From: Sminthopsis crassicaudata
Lineage: Eukaryota
Direction: 5' to 3'
Length of the DNA stretch: 64,000 nucleotides
NCBI RefSeq assembly: GCF_048593235.1
Contig: NC_133621.1
Span: 219,625,238-219,689,237 of the forward strand
Both the position numbers and the translations under genes were made by a program. Below the pieces are notes generated by a model. That model did no database searches and was not told the DNA's origin. It saw only the letters and a program-made list of their open reading frames with translations. This document shows, one piece after another, positions 45,246 through 57,925 of this stretch. Each line of letters begins with the position of its first letter. Positions within the stretch are counted from its first letter, which is position 1.

Positions 45246-46348
45246 GGGGGCCTTCACCAGTGGTAGTACAACATCACAAGAATGAGTGGTATTTGCCTGA
45301 GACACTGAGAATTTAAGTGTTTTGTTCGGGAACATATCAGTGGCTTGAATCTAGGTTTTTGTGGCTGGTTCATTACAGGTTGCCATCCTCAAGGATGTGA
45401 TAATAAATGGTATTTGTATGGAAATTTAAAATATTCACATTGTGTATATAATCTTGAGGAAGCCACTTGGAGGCCCAGTCCCAGTGTCCATTTAATTATT
45501 TCATCTTTGGTTGTTTCATGTAATCATCCAGTCCTGGAAATAGCTTCTTTTGAACATTCTGGAAAAGGCCTCATTCTCAAGATGGTTCTAAAGGTGCTCC
45601 ACTTCTCCAGTTCCAAATTATTTGTAGAGAGATGCCTAGATAATTCTGCTAAAATCTTCCAGTAATAAGACTCAGTATAACTATTTGTGCCCAACCTTTC
45701 AAATCTTGTATTGGTCTGATTGGCCAAAGTTGGGCACACTTGACCCCAAAATAGTCATTCTGATCCTCTTTGAACACAAAAAATAATCACCAAAAACAAT
45801 TCCTGTTTTTATATACCATTTACCATTTTTATCTTTATCTAAACACTGTTCCTGATATAAGAATCTTAAAAAAAAAATAATTCATGAATGTCCTGACTTT
45901 AAATTGAATCTTTTTGTCTTTTAATACAGACATTTTAAAATAGGAAAATAACTTCACTTTCCTAATGCAATTTTACATGCAAAACCCTTAATTCAATTTT
46001 GAAAATTTTATTACTAAAGCATAATCAAATTCTGAATTTCCATGCTAGATACATTTGGAAGTCAATAAACATTTTAATCATATTGCTTTTTCAAAATTTA
46101 TTATTGCATTTAATTAGAAAATTTTTATATTACATCTGTTTTTGTATAATTCCCCTGTAGGATATTATCCCTGTTATAATTTGACCACAAATACAGGTTA
46201 AAATTGCAAGATTTTTCATGCTTATATCCTATTATAACTTAGAGATGTTCTGGTCCCAGTCTATTAGTTAATAAATTTAGTATCGGATTTAGAAAACCTA
46301 ATAGTTGACTCATATTAATATATTGAAGTTACATCTTTAAGCTACCCA

Positions 46349-46558
46349 ATGTTGTTTAGTCTTTTCAGTTGTATCCAACTTGTGATTCCATTTGGATTTT
46401 TCATGACAAAGATACTAGAGTGATTTGATATTTCCTTCTTCAGCTCATTTTATAGATGAGAAACTAAAGGAAACAGGGTCACACAGCTTGAATCTGAGGC
46501 AACATTTAAACTCATGAAGATGAATTTTCCGCTATCTAGTGTGCCACCTAGCTGCCCC
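46349..46558 (-). mobile_element. MAR1-type marsupial SINE
   Basis: gttgtttagtcttttcagttg...gtgccacctagctgcccc. Confidence 0.8.
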
Positions 46559-46964
46559 AAACTACCCTATACATTTTCATAGCAAACAATTTTCAAATGA
46601 AAACTCATTCTTTATTATAGGAAATTTGTAATTTCTCCCCCTTTTACAAGGAATGCTAAAAGAATCCTATTTTCATGGTTAGAGCACTAGCCCTGAAGTC
46701 ACTTAACTCCAATTGCCCCAACCCTCCCCCCCAAAAAATCATATTTTCCTGGTTCTATGTTCTCAAACTTCAATATTTTAGATTTTGCAACCTATAATCA
46801 GTAGAGATCATAAGCTCTTATGACTCTCAAAAAACCCTAACAGATTAGGATATCTTAAAGGATCTGTGCAACTTTTCCCCCAAGCAGTAAATCATTTTTA
46901 TTGTTTTATTAATATCAGTTTTAAAAACAAAATAAAGGCCATTACATATTAGTTTTCAAATATC

Positions 46965-47560
46965 TCAATAATACTTTATTTTTCCAAATACACATAAAGA
47001 TAGATTTCAACATCTTTGTATTCCAAATGTTTCTTTCTCTTTTACCTCTCCCCTTCCCAAAACAGTACTAGCAATCTGACATAGGTTAAATATATACAAT
47101 CCTTTTAAGCATTTCTTTTTGTCATGTTATACAAGAAAAATTAGAACAGAAAGAACATCTTTGTATTCCAAATGTTTCTTCCTCTTTTACCTCTCCCCTT
47201 CCCAAAACAGTACTAGCAATCTGACATAGGTTAAATATATACAATCCTTTTAAGCATTTCTTTTTGTCATGTTATACAAGAAAAATTAGAACAGAAACAA
47301 AACAAGAAAGAAAACAAAAGTGAAAACACAATACTTAGATGCATGTTCAGTCTCCATAGTTCTCTGAAAGTAATTGGCCTTTTCCATCCCAAATCAATGG
47401 TAATTGTTTTGAATCATTGAATTGTTGAGATGATCACAGCTGATCATCATAGAATCTTATTGTTACTATTCATAATCTCCTGGTTCTGCTCACTTCACTC
47501 AGTATCATTTAGTGTAAGACTTTCTACGCTTTTCTAAAGTTAACCTGCTCATCATTAAAT
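46965..47560 (-). mobile_element. L1 3' end fragment
   Basis: tttccaaatacacataaagatagatttcaacat, as at 58690. Confidence 0.7.
47009..47297. repeat. 145-bp tandem duplication
   Basis: 47009-47153 repeated at 47154-47297, one visible mismatch. Confidence 0.95.
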
Positions 47561-49329
47561 ATATTTTTATCACATTATTTTAATACTTCATCATCTAATA
47601 GCTTTCATATTTAAAAAGTTTTTTTTAACAGCATTTCTGTTGGTTTTCCAAAATTCACAACATAAAAGAGAATTTAGAAATATAACACTAACATATAATA
47701 TCATATATTTAAAACATGAAACAAAACTTATTACCAGTCAGATGATATCACTATAGCCTAATGCATTTTCAAATTATCTTACATAAAAAAAAAATCATCA
47801 CCTTTGGCATTACTAATCATGTAAAAGCTGGTATAGAACCATCACATAGCAAAAAAGCAATAACAATAGTTAACAATTATATAGTACTCACCATATGCTA
47901 GTACTTCAAAATTGTTCTATCATTTGATCCTCATAACAATTCTGGGAGGTAAGTACCCATTGTTTCCTCCTTTTGCAGAGCAGAAAACTCAGGTAAATAG
48001 AAGTCAGATAATTTGTTTAATATCATGCAATTTATACATTTCTGAAACCAGAAGGTTTAGGTTTTTCTGAATTTTTTTTTTTTTGGTTGTTGTTGCACAT
48101 TTGATGACATAGTTAATGTCTTGATTTGTGTGTAAATTGGATTTAAGTGGGGCAGAGTTAATAGAACAATTTTCACCATATCATAATAAATAAATAAAAC
48201 ACGGCTAGCTAATAGCTTTGGAAAACAAGTTTTAATTTTGTGGTTGTAAATCCAGATTGGATTTGATTGAAATTTGTTCTGAAACTAAATTAGATTTAAT
48301 TATATCTCCTCATGTACAAACCCTGAGTGATTATAGAAAACCCAAAGCAATGTTAGTAATAAAGACATCTAACCCAGGGTCCAAATATATTCTCTCCCTT
48401 CACAAGGGGTGTCAATTTAAATGTGCTCTTCTGCTCTCAAGCCAGCTTTTCCAAAGAGCGTCCCTTGGCATTTTACTATTACTGGAATCCCTTCCCTGCC
48501 TTCTTGACACTTCCTCAGTAAGGTGAAATGCAAACTGTTCCCAGCAATATGGAGGTAAATCTTGCCTTAGGAGATCAAGGAGGGAAGTCTGAACTCCAGG
48601 AGCGGTCTTTCAATGAAGTTTCTGAAAGCCCATCCTGGGGGTCTGAGTTCTCCCTAAAGCTGGTTGACTTTGCCACAAAATAATTGTGACAGCTGAAAAA
48701 TGAAAAACGGGAAACAAAGGTTCAAGCTTCTAATGTTCACTAAAGCAATGCATGTCAGTTGCATAAGAAATTGGGACCTGGTCTCCTCAGCTTGGTATAC
48801 TGGGGGAAGCATTTATGCATTAAAAGAACAATAAGCAGGATATAAAACAGGATGTATAATTAGTTTCTAAGTGGAGGAAAGAGTAGGGTCTTTCTGATTT
48901 AAGTGATGGAGAGCAAACTGGTACAATTCTTTGAAATCAGGAAAAGTCCTTTCTCTACCCAAAAGTCTGTATTCAGAGGAACAAGGAAAGAGTAACAGGA
49001 GGATCATGAGGTCATTTTTAAGATAAGATACATGGGTTGCTTGAGATCTATAATTGTGAGAAAACTTTTTGCATCAATCTTCAGATCTGACTGGATTTCT
49101 GGGCAGCATAATTTAGGTCATTAGTTAAGGGTGTGTAAGCAACAGGTAGAAGTGTTTCAAGCCATGCAGAACTTGGTTCAAACAATGCAATAAAGTTTTC
49201 TCACAATTTCCACAATTGAATAAAAAATTTTCACAACACAGAAATTGCATTAGGCCCATGAGCCAAATCCAGAATTGAATCACAAACTGGAGTTGATTTG
49301 GTTCACTAAATTCCCACAATTCTCTCCAT

Positions 49330-50760
49330 GGTAACAAATCATCTTTTTAGTGATTTATTCTAAAAATTTCCTGGGAATTGACAGTATGTTTGCCAGCCCA
49401 TAGTTGGAAGAATCCATTCTTTTTCCCTTTGTTTATCTGACATCTTTCCCTTCTACTCTTCTATGGTTCAGAATTCATATCTATGAAACTTTTCATTACT
49501 TTGGGATCTAATTTTTCTATATCAAGCGACTTCTACATATTAAAAGCATTTCTTGGGTTTTAATTTCCTTTTATCATTATCTTAGAGAAAACAAAAGCAA
49601 AATAGTAGTAATATAGTTTTTCTATTTGTCCTCTTTTTTGTATTTACCCCAAGCATTGGATCTATCCCTTCTTTATGAAACACTATGTAAACTTATTTCC
49701 ATCTGTTATGAAGGGCCAATATGTGCTTTGGCTTTTTCTTCCCTTCAAAATGACTTGGGAATTTCTGAATCTGTAAATACATGATTCTCCTATGATAACC
49801 AACTTACCAACACAAAGGTTCACAAGGCTCAAAGCAGCAACAGATTTTTTTTTTTTTTATATATTGGCAAGAGGAACAGATGAATTCATATTAAAGAAAA
49901 TTACAGTTCATGATTAATCCTCCCCAAAGGCTGGTATTATATCACTCACAATGGCTTTTGGTTGTAGGTTGTTTTCTCCTTCTTGTAAGGAGATGACCAG
50001 AAACAGTTCTACTATATCACTATTATCCATTGTTCTGTCTGCAACATGTTGTTAATTTTTCCTGTAGCTCAAGCTTCGTGCCTCTCTCAGAGGATACATA
50101 GTAAACATAGGTTTGGTTTCCTTTCATCATCCTGTGCTGTAATCTGTTCTTATGGTTCTATTAAATTCTCAGTAGGTGAATAGTATTTCCAAGGGATACA
50201 GTTCTCTGGATCTTTACCTTTACCTAAATTACAGTTTAAATTCAGTCCTATTTCTTTGTCCTGTCCTGGGCCTGTTGTACTCCAAACCTAGAGGAAACAT
50301 CTCCCCTTTCATTTTATAAGCAAGCCTCTCTCCTTAATTTCATGTTGACTCATGATGAAGACATCACTTTGATGTCCATTCTCCTAAAGCTGCTAGATAA
50401 ACAACTCCCATGTGCCAAGAGAGCTTGGAAGAGCATCCTCTTTCTCACAATCTCCTGTGGGGCATCTAGAAAGGGTCATTGAAATTACTCGGAATTAGCT
50501 TAGGGGAAGGTGGAGGTGGGTGTTTATGCAATCTCCAATGTGGAAGTGCTCTTCATAGGAAACCATTTCTAGTCCCCAGGATATTTATTCTTCTTTTGCC
50601 CCCAACATAGTTTTAGGATTTTTTTTTTATTATCCTTAGCATTTTTTAAAGTTTCTTCTATTAAATCATAGTCTTTTTGACACTTCCAATAGTCTTAAAA
50701 GTCTGAGCTACTTTTTTCAATTTCTCTTTAATTCTATGGTCTTCATCTTGAACCAATAAA
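49330..50760 (-). mobile_element. L3/CR1 ORF2 fragment
   Basis: KKGKRMDSSNYGLANILSIPRKFLE resembles CR1 KKGKKEDPGNYRPVSLTSIPGKILE. Confidence 0.65.
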
Positions 50761-52724
50761 AATCTGACCTCTTTAGTTACATTTTCTTCCTCATGGAAAT
50801 CATTTATAACTTTGTTATTAGAATTTTTCTTTTACCACATTTTATTTTATTGACTTTTTTTCTAACTCAGGTATTATTGCATTGCTTACACTATGACAGG
50901 CTTCCCTTTGATCAAATTAAACAACAAAGTTAATTTGGTACATATTTAATGTCATGTAAAGTCTCATTATACTGCATGGAAATTAGGTATAACTATTAAG
51001 GAAAGTGGGATGACCCAAAGAAGAAAAACTTTATAGTTTTGAACTGTTTTAACTATTCCCACAGAGAACTGATCCTATATATGTTGGGCATATGAGACAT
51101 GTTTAGCTACAAATAAAAATTATGATTAGGCTTTTTTTTTTTTTTTTAATGTTTCAGAATGAAATAGATGAGTTTATCGTGACGTATTGTTGTGAGACAT
51201 CCTCAGTAAATTTAGGATGGGATCCCTATTTCCTCATCTTAATTCTTTCATTCTTGCATAAGATTCCTTCTTATGGTGTAAACTCCAGAGATCTGGAAAT
51301 TAGTAATGGGATTGACCTGAGATTGGAGTTCAAGTTTCAAACTATTTTTCTCCACTAGGTGGGGTTGTGAGGATCTGATTTTCCTTTTTAGCATTGTTTA
51401 ATTAGTCTGCCCCTGGTTAACTAAGGGAAAGATGTTCCTGGGCCTTTTAGGCAGATTTAAAAAAATCTTTAGATTCTCCTGTCTGTGTTAGAACTCTAAA
51501 CTCTTCTCATGCATAACTTAGTCATTCAGACCATTGAAAGGTCATGATTATATGGGATAGGACAGGGACCAGAGGCTATGGAAGAGGTGAAGGGATTGGA
51601 CAAGATAATCTCTAAAATTAGATCCAGCTCTAAACATGATTCCACAATCAGTTTCCACATCTATATTTCATTGAATCTTCTCATGAAGCAGAGATGGGAA
51701 TATATGAGTTAGAGAGTGATCTGATGCCAGACAAGGCAACTTGTCAGCAATAGTGGCCAAAAGATGTATTTAGGGGCCAACCATACCAATCCCCAAACCT
51801 CTCTTACTTTTATCTCTATATTAACTCTCTCTCCTATTCAAAGGAATTCTAGGAAGCATGCTCTGGAATATGTTTAGAAATTACCAAACATGTAGAAGTT
51901 TTCTAATAAGTGTACCTTCACTCCAAATGGAATAGGGGAAATATTTTTCCCCCCAAGATCTGACTATCTTTTCTCAAACTTGAACCATGAATTTATAGAT
52001 TTTAGGAGGAAAGAAGCTGTGAGTAGTCATGTAAATTATTATCAATTATTAAGTAGCATAGAAAATACAGATTAGCATTCAAATAAGGCATAGGTATTTA
52101 TGATAGGAATTGTAGCTAGAATTGTCTCTTCTCTTCCTCAGAGTCTTTTGGTTGGTCTAAATGGATGAAGGAAATATTGTATTTTAAAATCTGGTTAAAC
52201 AATTTCCCAACTCTATTCTCTGGGAAAGAGGGATTGAGAAAGGAGCAATGGATTGGATTTGACTTTCATCAAATATCATAGCTGCTGGTTCTGTTTTCTG
52301 ACCTACTTAGCCTGTTATGTGCATGTATGCTCTTAGCTCTTATTCTCCCTGTCTTCATCTACATTTTACCATGAAATCTCTGTTCTGCTTGCTTTTCCTG
52401 GTTTTAGTTACAAGAGGGCAGTGTATGCCAGGTTGCCTGTTGGGCTTTCCGGGACAAACATGGAACAAGAAGTGGTCATACTTCTTGCTTCTTTCTTGTC
52501 ATTTTGTAGCTCAATTTCTGCCTTCATACTAGGGAACTTCAACATACATATTGATACTTCTCAAGTCAGCTAACTCAGCTCCTATCATGTAGGCCTCCAT
52601 TTTCCTCCAGCTACGCAGAGATTTACCCTTGATCTTGCCGTCATCTAAAAGTTCATGATCATATTCATGAACTGCAAACTTCTTTTATATACAGCATCCT
52701 ATGCTGTATCCTGCCCAATATGAC

Positions 52725-53300
52725 TGTAATGCCGGAGAAACTGAGGCAAAATAGAGATTAGAGAGTTTTTAATATTTTATTAATTGGAGAGTTTAATTGA
52801 CTGGACAGGACTCTCGTCTCAAAGTATCCAGTGATGAATGGGGGAATGAAAAACCCTTTTATAGCTTTTCAGACAAAGAAAAGAAGAAGAGCAGGAAAAG
52901 TTAGAACCGTTTGGTTTTGTCAGGATGGGGGGAGGCTGTAAATTCTTACTAAAAGCCAGAGTCAGAATGTTTGAATAAACAGAAGTAAAGATGTCAGTGA
53001 AGCATCCGAGATAGTCTTATTTTTTGGAATATTTTAGAGGGGCAGTGTCATAAATTCTTGAGGGCAGAAGGAGCTAGGAGCCAGGAAGTCTGATCTACTC
53101 CTCATCTCCCATTGACATTTTATAACCTTAAAGCAAATGGTCCTCAGTCTTAATGAACCAGGGGGGTTTTACAACTTAAGGGACTGAGGCAGAACAGTTA
53201 AGGAAACTGAGATAGAAGAATTCAGGGAAACTCAGGACAATAAGGGAAACTAGTGCAGGGAAACTGAGGTAGAACAGCTCAAGGAGACTGTGGCATAACA
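52725..53300 (-). mobile_element. Solo LTR, 576 bp, 4-bp TSD (ERV1-like)
   Basis: TG...CA ends; TSD TGAC 52721-52724 / 53301-53304; TATAAAA 52857-52863 and AATAAA 52776-52781 on -. Confidence 0.85.
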
Positions 53301-53923
53301 TGACTTCTAACCCTATCCCTCCAATCCTTATACCCCTCAGTTCTTTCGCAAATCATCATCCCTGTATTGATGCTCCCTTTTCCCTTCCCTATCTCAAACT
53401 GTTAATCATTTCAACTCTGTACTGTTCTCTTCACTGGAGTTTCTTGCATCGTTGTCCTATCACTCACTGGTCATTCTTTGCCAGATTTAACAATTGGATA
53501 TACTCCCACCATCTATCTTCACTCTTATTCACAAACTGCTGATGGGAGCTGAAGAAAATCCTGAAACTGTACTGTTGGGTTCAGTACAAAATTATGTTGC
53601 ATTGTCTCACCGGGGAGACTACAGTAAAGCAATCATTTCATGTTTTTCTAATAGAGTCATTAATCCACTCACCACAGCAAGTTATTTCAAACCTTTTCAT
53701 CTCTTCTCAAATGTCCTATCACATCTGTTCTACCCTTTCAGCTGAGAATCTTCTCATACTTCACCAAACAATTGAGGCCATTTACCGAGAGCTCCCTCTT
53801 CTTACTTTTTCATCATTTCATATCACTTAGGATGTTCACAGCATCTCTTCCTTCACCCATCTCACATGAAGAGGTAGTTTTTCTCCTGGTTAAGGCAAAC
53901 TCCTCTATGGATACCCTTTGTTC

Positions 53924-54125
53924 CAACCATTAGAGTTTTCCCATTCATCCTGTAGAGTTAATCCCAACAATATCAGGTCTTTATATAGATGAAAGATAAC
54001 AGAGATGAAAGAGGCCAGAGTACCAGCTCCCCTTATGGTCTTTGGGGAAGACAAAAGGCACCTGGTGGCTTGTAGTAGATTATAGAAAACTGAACAAAGG
54101 TATCACATCCATTGTTTGGCCATTC
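53924..54125 (+). mobile_element. ERV-L-like (class III) pol/RT N-terminal fragment
   Basis: PLWSLGKTKGTWWLVVDYRKLNKGITSI; DYRKLN at 54078-54095. Confidence 0.75.
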
Positions 54126-55043
54126 TTGACCTCTTACTACTTATCAGAGTGTCAGAATATGAGGCCTACATAATAGGCCCTTAATAAATACTTGTTAACT
54201 TGATTCATCAGTGTGGAAAACTGTAGCCTGGGCCCAGTATGAGTATGGAATTAAGGCTAATGTTCTTGTTTTGTTTTCTTTTGTTCCCCTCTATTTCTAT
54301 GGCTTAGGCTAGTTAGGAAAAAATCATTTGTTCCTGGTTCTCTTTCATATTTGACTGCTCCTTCTCAATCTTCTTTGCTGGATGCTTACAGAGATCAAGG
54401 CTTCTAACCAAAGAAAACTGTCCCTCAGGGTTCTCTTCTGGATCCTCTTCTCTTTCCCCTTTACACTATATGATCTCATCAGTCTACAGTGGATTTAATT
54501 AACATCTCTCTTCTGATGATTCTCAAATCTGTTTATCCTGCCCCAACTTCTCTGTGGACCTCTAAATCTCACATCTCCAAGTGCCTCTCAGACTTCTCAA
54601 TCTAGATGTGTAATAGACACCTTAAACTCAACATGGCCAAAATGGTACTCATTATCTTTTCCCACAAAGCCTCCCTTCCCTATCACTGTTGAGGACAACA
54701 CCTTCCTCCAGTACCTCACAATCCATTCCTCATTATTTCCTCCCCATATCTGATCTGTTGCCAAGGCTTATTTATTTCACTTTTGCAGCATCTCTCAAAT
54801 ATGCCCCTTACTTTCTGCTGACATCACTCTGGTGCAAGACTCATCACCTCATACTTGGACAATTGCAATAACCAGCTGGCGTGTCTGACTGCCTCATCTC
54901 TCTTCACTGCAATCTACCCTCCTTCAGTCACCACAATAATTTTCCTAAAAAATAGATTTGATTATGTCACCCTCCTATTCATTAAACTCCATGAGCTTTC
55001 TATTGCCCCTAATATCATATACAAAATGTTCAAAGCACTTCAT

Positions 55044-55600
55044 TGTAATGTTCTGGTTGGTTTTCTGGAGGTCTCTGGACCAGCCTTTGTTTCAGCAAAG
55101 TAATCATCATGAGAATAGCCAGAAATAAAGTCCAAAAATCTTGATTGTCTCTTTCATGGTCTTGTCTCCTTGCCTGGGGCCCGGGCTAGCTTTCTGGAGG
55201 TTCTCCGGAATGTGTCTTGGTTTCTGTGGGGCAGGCAGGAGGACCACCACAATGGTCTCTATCTTGAAGTCTGTCTCAATCTGAGGGCTTGTGCTCCAGC
55301 CTCCAGTCTTCTGTCTTCTCCGAGTCTGTCTCCGAATCCCCTCCAACTCCCCTTCAAGTTTGCCTCTGAGCCCCTTCTGAGTCTAGCTGAATTTGTCCCA
55401 GTTTATATGCAGTATACTGAGTATAAAGCAATCATTATATCACTAGGGAACCATTATTTGTTGTAAGATTAAATCAATCATACTGAACTAGAGAACTACT
55501 AATCACCATGCTAATCTAGATAATCTTTGTTTTAACAATTCCACTGACTTAACACCTTGTAAGAATCCTTGTTTCAAGTACAGAGTTCTGGCCCATTACA
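55044..55600 (-). mobile_element. Solo LTR, 557 bp, 6-bp TSD (ERV2-like)
   Basis: TGTAATG...CATTACA; TSD CTTCAT/CTTAAT; TATAAA on - at ~55403. Confidence 0.85.
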
Positions 55601-56599
55601 CTTAATAATCATTCAGTCTTATTATACTGGCAGGTAATCTTTAGTCTAGTGACTTCTTTGCTGTTGCATGAATAATACACTCCATCTCTCAACTTTAGGC
55701 ATTTTCTCTGGCTCTCCCCTCTGTCTGGAATGCTCTCATTCCTCATTTCTGCCTTCTGGTTTCCTTTAAGTCACAGTTAAAATTTTTTTTTTTTTACAGA
55801 AAGCCTTTCTCAATCCCTTTTAATTCTAGTGCCTTCTGTTAAATATTTCATATTTATTCTGTATATAGTTTTTATGTATATGTTTGCTTATTGCCTCCTT
55901 ATGAGCTCCTTTGAGGGCAGAGACTGTGTTTTGCTACTTTGTATATCATCAATACAAAGTAGACACTTAACTTATGTTTATTGATTAATTGATTTTTTTC
56001 AAAATCTGACCTTAATCTCTACAACAGAAAAGAAATATCTCTCACCATCCTGAGGACTTGCTATTGTCTGATATTAATTATAACTCGAAAGATTTCCAAT
56101 TGACCTTATCAATAGTAACCAGCATGGATGTTACCTAAAGGCTCTTACCATTATTGATTCCCAAGAATTCATAAACCCCATTCCCACAATAGACCAAACT
56201 CCAAATAGCTACCAGAGAGAGCTGTGATCCAGACAAGAAATCTTTTCTCAACTCCCATATGAAAACTGAGATGTCTCTATTTACAAATTAGGGTTCATCT
56301 AGTATGGATAGTAATAACCAGGCTGTTGCTATCCACAAGCTCCTTATGTATTTGATGGCTCCCTTCCATGCTACTTTGATGACTTGGGCATATAACCTCT
56401 AGTCTCAGTGTCCTTGAAGTTCTACGAAAGATCCTAGCCTCGAGATAACTTGACCTTCAAGAGACTCATTTGAGGAACTTCTCAAGTCTACATACAGAGA
56501 TTGGTGTGGCTTCGAACTGCCATGTTGGACAGAGGTTTAGGTAACGCCTTATACTACTTTATAGGTGAGTGAAAGGATCTTTACTGCCTTACTTTAGAT

Positions 56600-57160
56600 G
56601 TAACAATCAGTCAATTAATAAATATTTAAGCACTTACTATATGTCAGATATGGTGTTATTTGCTGATGATATAAAGAAAGTACAAGGGGAAAAAAATAAA
56701 AAAAGGTTTACTAAGAGTTCACATGCTGATGGGAAAGATAATATATAAATAACTATGTATATAAAAGATTATGTATACATACACATACATGTATCTATAT
56801 ATGCATATGTATGTATATATTATATATAAAGGTAATCTCAAAGGAAAAGCACTAGCAGTGAGGGGGTTAGAGTGCCTGAGAAAAGTCTCTTGCCTAAGAT
56901 GAGATTTGAGCTGAGTCTTGAAGGAGATGAGGGAAGCTAGAAAGTAGAAAGAAGTGAGAAAAGAGACAGTATTTTAGGTTTGGGAAACAGAAAGTCAGGA
57001 GAGGGGTTGTCATGTTCAAGGAACTATAAATAGTCCTGTGTAGCTAATCCTAGAGTACATGAAGGAGAGTGAAATATAAGAATAGGAGAAAAGTTGCAAA
57101 GGACCAGATTGTGAAGGGTTTTAAGTGCTAAATAGCATTTATATTTGATGCTGAAGAATA
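56600..57160 (-). mobile_element. L2 3' fragment
   Basis: aatcagtcaattaataaatatttaagcacttactatatg...gagctgagtcttgaagga. Confidence 0.75.
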
Positions 57161-57168
57161 AGAGATTC

Positions 57169-57925
57169 TGTAGTAGAAATATGCCTGTATGACGCTTTGA
57201 TATTTCTTAGACTCCATTTTATAATCTAGAGTCCATCTTGCAATTTTGACTTGTAATTCAGTTTTCATTTGCTGTAGAAATTTGTTAGTTTACTTGCTAA
57301 ACTCTCATATCTTGCTTAGGGAACCATCTCCTACCCTGTTCCTTGGCATCAGACCATCCTTGTCAAGATGGTTCAAAGTTAGAATGGTTCAACTATTCTG
57401 TATCATTAGACACATCCTACAACATAGAGATAGGTCCCACCACTATTCACTTACTAGGGATAAATACTCCATCTCCATCCATATGGCTGGTGGAAATGCC
57501 CTAAAATAACCCTAAAAAATCACAGTCAAATTTATAGTCAGTGGAGCCATCAATTGGACATCTTCTACCCTTAGTTAATGGTTGAAGATTAACTCTCCTT
57601 TCTCACAAGCATTACCTAAGTCCCTGAATGAGATCCTTCTCCCACCACAATATGCTCCTTCTCTTTCTTCCCAAAGATTTAGACATTTGTGTCACTGGTC
57701 CCTGGATCTTTCTCATACCCACCACCCGCCTCTGGTAGTGGCAAATGTTACTGTGTTTCTAATAAAGCCTCCTGTAATAAAACTTGGAGCCATTTCCTGC
57801 TGTCAGAATCCAATTGGACCATCAGAGAGTTATAAACTGAGCCTGAACCATCCTTCTCTCCTTAGCTAATGAGCCATTGACCAAAAATGAGACTGAATTT
57901 TCTGGCATTTGTACCCCCATAGACA
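57169..57925. mobile_element. Putative LTR-like insertion
   Basis: Begins TGTAG interrupting an L2; AATAAA pair 57771-57781; possible CA end at 57925; no TSD found. Confidence 0.35.

Larger units (their letters stand above)
52510..55990 (+). mobile_element. Long L2 element interrupted by LTRs and an ERV pol fragment
   Basis: EN motif ctgccttcatactagggaacttcaacatacatattgat (LILGDFNIHID-like) at 52520; L2 3' end at ~55900-55990. Confidence 0.75.
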
